Origin: an uncultured Candidatus Saccharibacteria bacterium
Lineage (GTDB): Bacteria; Patescibacteriota; Minisyncoccia; Phycocordibacterales; UBA918
Direction: 5' to 3'
DNA: 64,000 nucleotides
Assembly: GCA_964353135.1 (NCBI GenBank)
Contig: CAYGTV010000001.1
Coordinates: 309,497 to 373,496 of the forward strand
The position numbers were made by a program, and so were the translations under genes. The notes beneath the pieces were generated by a model that did not search any database, was not told the DNA's origin, and saw nothing but the letters and a program-made list of their open reading frames with translations. Below are positions 52,601 through 58,600 of the stretch, piece after piece (within the stretch, counting starts at the first letter, position 1; each line of letters opens with the position of its first letter).

Positions 52601-55600
52601 AAAACGCTGCGGTAGTACTACCGACCTGACCAACTTCATACCACTCAGGTGCAAGAGAACACTGCCCAGCCAAAGCACTGGTGTACTCTAACGTGAACGC
52701 GTCTGTCCCCGCAGTTGAGGTAGCATTTAGCAATCTAGCATTCATGCGCAGTCGTAGAACATCACCCTCGGTAACAGCGGCGGCTCCAGTAATGGGCTGC
52801 CCTTCTACAGTTGACTCACTATCACCAACAGACCACGTTGAGGTTGGGGTAAGACTAAGGGCATTTTGATACCACCAGTATGATAACTGCTCATACTCAA
52901 GACCATTGGCTTCTTCCTGTTCTCCAAAAACAGCCGTGACTGCACCACTACCAAATTTACGAGCCTGGACTGCAGTTTGAATATTCTTCTCATCTTGATC
53001 ATCAGCAACATCTTCAAAAATTGCGTAAAATGGTACACCATTGGTGGACACCACCATTGTCCCAGGATCAAAGTTTACAGTATCACCATCACCTGTCCCA
53101 TTTGTAAAGTAAGCCTTACCCGGAGTTAACGCTCCCGGAGTACATGTGCCCGACTCGATCGTTATTCCTAGCGGACTGACCATCTCTAAATCAACTGAAC
53201 CATTATCAGGAGAGCAAACTACTGCTACATAAGCGGCCGAACGAGTGACCGCATAGCGAGTACCAAACTCTTTTTTTGGCCAATAAACCGTCGATTCATT
53301 TCCGTCAGCATCAGCCTGCTGGATAGCTGCAATTGGACCAGTTGCGGCACTCAAACGTACTGCACTACCTGCACCTTCTGCTACCGCAGTACATGAGGTA
53401 TCAACCTCATGATCTCCTCTGGTAATACCAGTGATAGACGCTCCAGATCCAGCCGAACAGGTCATGGTGAGATTTGTACTAGGATCAACCCCACTCATGA
53501 TCATATTGTTCGAAACAATTCCATAAAGTGGGTCTGTAGTTGGAGGGTACGCAACTAAACCGTCTCCTGGATTGGAGCTGCGATGCGAAACTAAGATTGG
53601 AGACGTTGCTTCTACCACTATTCCGTCACCATCAACAATACTAGTGTCTGATCCCCCAGGATTTGTTGTGGAAGTTTCTGAACCATTTTCCAAAATATTA
53701 AATGTTTGATCAGCGACTCCTGAAGCACCAATATATGTACGCACAGTTGTACTCGCAAACGGTGCATACAAATAGGTAATATTATTGGACCGTCTAGTTG
53801 GAAGGGTAAAAGTAGTTGTCGCAAAACTAATCGGTGCCAACATATCGCTACTGTCTGTACCTGCTCCATTAACCGTTGCGGATACTGGTCCGAGGATAGA
53901 CAGTACGCTAGTACCAATCGGACTTGGGCTTGTGATGGTAGTAGTCTCTCCTTGATTAAGATCGATCACTGAACCACCAGACAGCTGCACTTGATTATTA
54001 TCAACGAGACTGGTGACTGAAATAGAATCAGCACCATGATCATCAACTACATAATAGATCTCTGTCAGTTCACTGTAACTAAAGGTCGCTAGTTCGTCAC
54101 TGGTTGATTCAGCCGAACTATTGCCGTAGTACATGTAGATAGTTGTGGTACCAGACGCTGGCAGATCTTTAATCTGCACCCACACCTCTGCCTCTTCTGC
54201 GCCCGAGTCCCAACTAGTAAACCAGTGATCGAGCTCGACTGAATCAATTGGAGCCAATGACTCAACCGTAGAGGTCGCAAAAAACGTAGCTACGTTCGCC
54301 ATGTTTTCATACTCAGTTTCAGCCCACGCCGCTGATCGAACAACGCTGGCAATACGCAACTCATCCAACAACCCTTCAAAGTTCTCACCAGTACTAAAGT
54401 TTCCACCGACAGTATCTTGATCTTGTCCAACCACTAAACCACCAGATGAAATATCGAGCGCGGTGATAGCTTGCGGGTCTGGGTTTTCATTATCTCCGAC
54501 ACCGTTTATATAAATGTTCATCTCATCAATATCATCTTGGGATGTGGTGATGTAATGCTGCCACGTATTGTTAGCATAATTAACAACTGAATCTGACAGG
54601 TTAAATTCTTCAGCGCTACCTTGTGAGTACAAGTACATTCGAATGTTGTTGTCGAAACGAACCCAGAATTCATTAGCCTGAGAAGCATTTGCACCGCTTA
54701 AAATTGTCATGTCATCAGTTGTAGATGCGATGTGCCACCAAGACACACTGTTGTCAGTGAGTCCATCCATCACTTCCGACGGCAAACTAATATAGTCGAT
54801 TGAGTTTAAACCAAACTCCTGCCCAGCTCCAAACAAACCAGTTTTGCCAGTAGCACTAATCTCATCGTTTCCGTGATACCGATTACTAGTTGAGTCGATG
54901 TACGCATTGAGATTACCAGTACCGGCCAGATTCTCCTCTAAGTGATATACCGCCTGGAAGCCATTGGTCCAAACATTTTCGGAGCCAAAGGTATCGTCAC
55001 GATCGTATGCAATTGCATCTTGGTTATCAAAATAAATATAAAACTCATTATCTTCACCGTCAGTTAGATCAGTTTTGAAATACAGCTCACCGGTTTGAGC
55101 TCCCGTATTAATATTTACTAGTTCGTGCGGAACTTCTGTAAAACCATTCCCAAGCGTCACCCGAATATCACGTCCGTCAGTTGCTACACGATTAAAGAAG
55201 TCAGCACCAAGGAGTGACAAATCAAGGTATACCGGGAAATCTGCAATTGAAGCCGTGATATCTGCGTCAGCGATCGTAAACAGTTGTCTGCCATCCCAAC
55301 TAGTACTGTACCAGCGTAAATCATCACCAAGGATGGTGGTAGAAATCAAAGCTGTCGAAGTTGCGTAAAATGTATTAGGGGTGTTTTGGTTATCAAATTC
55401 AGTTGCAATCCACGAACTACTGCGAACCACGTTAGAGAAGCGGATCTCATCAATTAACCCATCATAGTGCTGGTTAGCTGCTCCAGAGTTCAGACAGCTG
55501 GTATCTTGTTCAAGCCCTGCCAACGTACAGTTGGCTGGTACAGATAGAGCACTCATGGTTTCTGGTAATGGGTTTTGATTATCAGCCACACCGTCAATAT

Positions 55601-58600
55601 ATAGTCGCCACCCATCAGTGACAGCATCTCGAATTACTGTCATGTGCTTCCAGCCAGCACCTACTACTGCACTATCCAAGGCAAATGTATCGCTTGTACC
55701 TCCGTTAAATAGCGTCAGGTTGTTGTTCTGTAAAAATACAATCAATTCATTATTGGCGCCGGCGTTCAAAATCGCCTGATCTCCAGTCTGTGACGTATTG
55801 ATCCAGAATGACATCGACAACTCATCATGAGCATTGACCACTGCACTCGGGAATAAAATATAATCGTCAAGGGTGGCTTCGCGTGCTCGAATTTCTTGCC
55901 CACTACCCACCTTACCAGTTTTACCTGTTGAGTTAATTTCGTCATCTGCATCGTAATTATTACTAGTGGAGTCAACATATAGTCCAGCATTACCTAGACC
56001 AGCCGCATCCTCTTCTAAGTGGTAAGTAGCCACAAAGTTGTTGGTCCACACATTTTGTGCACCATAGGTATCAGTGTCAACATACGCCGTTGCAGCTGCA
56101 TTATTATAATAAATATGGAACGTATTATCAGATGACGCACTCAACGAAGGTGCCAAGAAGTGCAATTCCCCAGTATCACTACCGGTATCGATAGATACTA
56201 AATCAAATGGTGTTTCGGTAGCCCCATCAGCTAGAGTAACGCGGATATCTCGCCCATCTGACTGTACGCCAGCCCAGAAATCAGGCCCCAGGTCAGCGAG
56301 ATCAACAAAGACCGGGAAGTCAGTCAGGGTTGAATCAACGCTACTGGCTGGGATCGTCACAGCTACTCGGCCAAGCCAGCTTGGGTCATAGTTGTTATCA
56401 ACATCAGCTATAGAGTTGCCTTCAGCAAAGAGGTTTCCAGCATTTATCTCCTGGATAAACCGCACGTCTCCCCCGTCTGCCTTAACATTAGCCCAGAAAT
56501 CTGTCATTGTACTGTCAAGCTGAAGCTGTACTTGGAACTCGGTTTGATCAGCGCCGGTCGGGTTAGTGATTTCAATTGGCATTTTATACTGCCACTGTGA
56601 TGACCAAAATGGATCAAGTAGTCCGTACTCATTATCTCCAATTGCTTCAATCCAATACTCTCCAGTTGAAAAGGCTGGGAAGCTGATATCCATTTTGAAA
56701 TACACTGTTTCACCCGGATCAATAGTAAACTCTTGATCAGCGTGCACTCGGCCTTCAAAATTATCAGGAATCTCTTTGCGATCCGGTCCAAAACCAAGAA
56801 GGGCTGCCGCTCGCCTAAAGATACTGCCACGACTAATCGTACCATCATTGATTTCAACCGGATCCCAACCTCGAGCATAGCGAGTCACCTCGTGATCTTT
56901 GACTTTCTGAGTGACAACACAGGCTGTACCATCACCTTCGATTGATTCACAAGCACGGACCACACTTGTCTGACTACAGCTAAATGTTTCTGTCGCTACT
57001 TCAACCTGCTCCTCGGCTGTAGTTGTGGCAAGCCCTGTAGTCGTCGAAGCAGCCGTAGTGCTACTAGATGCCAGGTCGGCTGAAAGTGTCTCAATTGTGT
57101 CAGCTGTAGGAGCTGTAACCTCACTTGGACTCCACCCAGCTTCACAGTGGTACACGTATGGTCGGTACTCTGGAATGACAGCTTGGCGAGGCTTGTTAAG
57201 ATTAAACACTTCAAGGTTAGTTACCTCTCCTAAATCATTAGGGAAATAGGTTTGTACCGAGAAATCATCTTGCTGGCCACTAGTGTTTGTGACACTAAAA
57301 TAGGTAGTTGCCTCAGATAGACCTTCGTATGTTTTTTGATCAGACTTTATGATCAGTGTCTCGTCTGTGTTGTTATCAGTAAAGGTGAATTCAATCTCAG
57401 TACCGTCTCCAAGAACCAAAATATCACCAGACAAGTTTGACGCTTCGAATCCGTCGTCTGCCAGCAACTCTTCAAATAGTGGATCAACTGGATCAACTGG
57501 TGGTTCAAGCACAAACAGCTCTAACCAGACACTTTCAACAAACAGGTCGGCCAACAAGTCAGGATCAGCATCGTACCGAAGTTCTACTTGCAAATTGCCT
57601 AATGTAGCAGGATCAGTAATAGTTGGTAGTGCAAACAAGAAATACCCACCATTGATACTGTTTGAAACCTCGTCTTCAATTACAATCGATCCACCAGTAC
57701 TCCATGACTCTCCTCCATCAAACGAGTAATTCATTGTGAATGACGGGATCAGTTCACGAGTTTCGCGCTGCTTGGCTGCAAATGACATCCGTAGCTGGGC
57801 TCCTGAAAGTTCCGAACCTTCTTCGATCGGGTAACCAAAATTTCCAACCCGCAGAACATACCCTTCGCAATCGGTATCGCAGTTTACTGCCGCTGCCTCC
57901 ACCACTTCCACTTCGGTTGATGTGGCTGCGTTGTCACTCATTCCTGTTTCTGCCGTAGTGGTCGAGGGAGAGCTGGTCGCTGTTGATTCTGGTTCAGCAA
58001 CCACCTCAGGTACAACTTCAAGTGAATCCTGTGTCGTACTGGTCATATCAAGTACCTGCTCTGGTGTATTTGTTGCGACTTCACTATCAGCCGTAAATCC
58101 AAACACAACTTCTGCTTCTGACTGTACATCATCAACTGGTGGAAGATCATTCGCCTCCGAGACATCTTCTTCTGGCTCAGCATTTGATGTTGCAGATGTA
58201 CTTGAGAACGTCTGCGTAAGAGTATCAATTGCAAGCCTGAAAAGACCTCGCACTTCTTTTAGTACGGTGGTGGTTGCAGATTCTTGTGACTCATCGGCGC
58301 CCACTTCCTCTTCGCCTACCACTTCAGGTTCAGCGGTTTCAGCCGACTGCACAGGAGCTTCAGTTGAAGTTACCTCTTCTGATGACTGCCCAGTAGTAGT
58401 TGTTGCTACTGCTTCTGGCGCAAGAGTCTCGACTGTTGATGAAGGAGTCGAAGAAGCTGGCTGTGAATTATCTGGAGTCACTTGTCTATCGACGCCAAAC
58501 TCACTTTCAACGTCAGAAGATTCATCTGGGGTTTGATTGTTTGTATCTCCAGCGATGGTTCGCAGTTTGCCAAGTGTGGCAGAGTTGATTGCATTAAAAT

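Noticed and set aside
57922-58536. 204-aa plus-strand ORF, with similar large plus-strand ORFs at 46105..46677, 47875..48390, 38206..38658 and 1841..2338.
   Set aside because: All lie entirely antisense within long minus-strand genes and have S/T/A/V-rich low-complexity translations typical of shadow ORFs. None has independent start or stop context.
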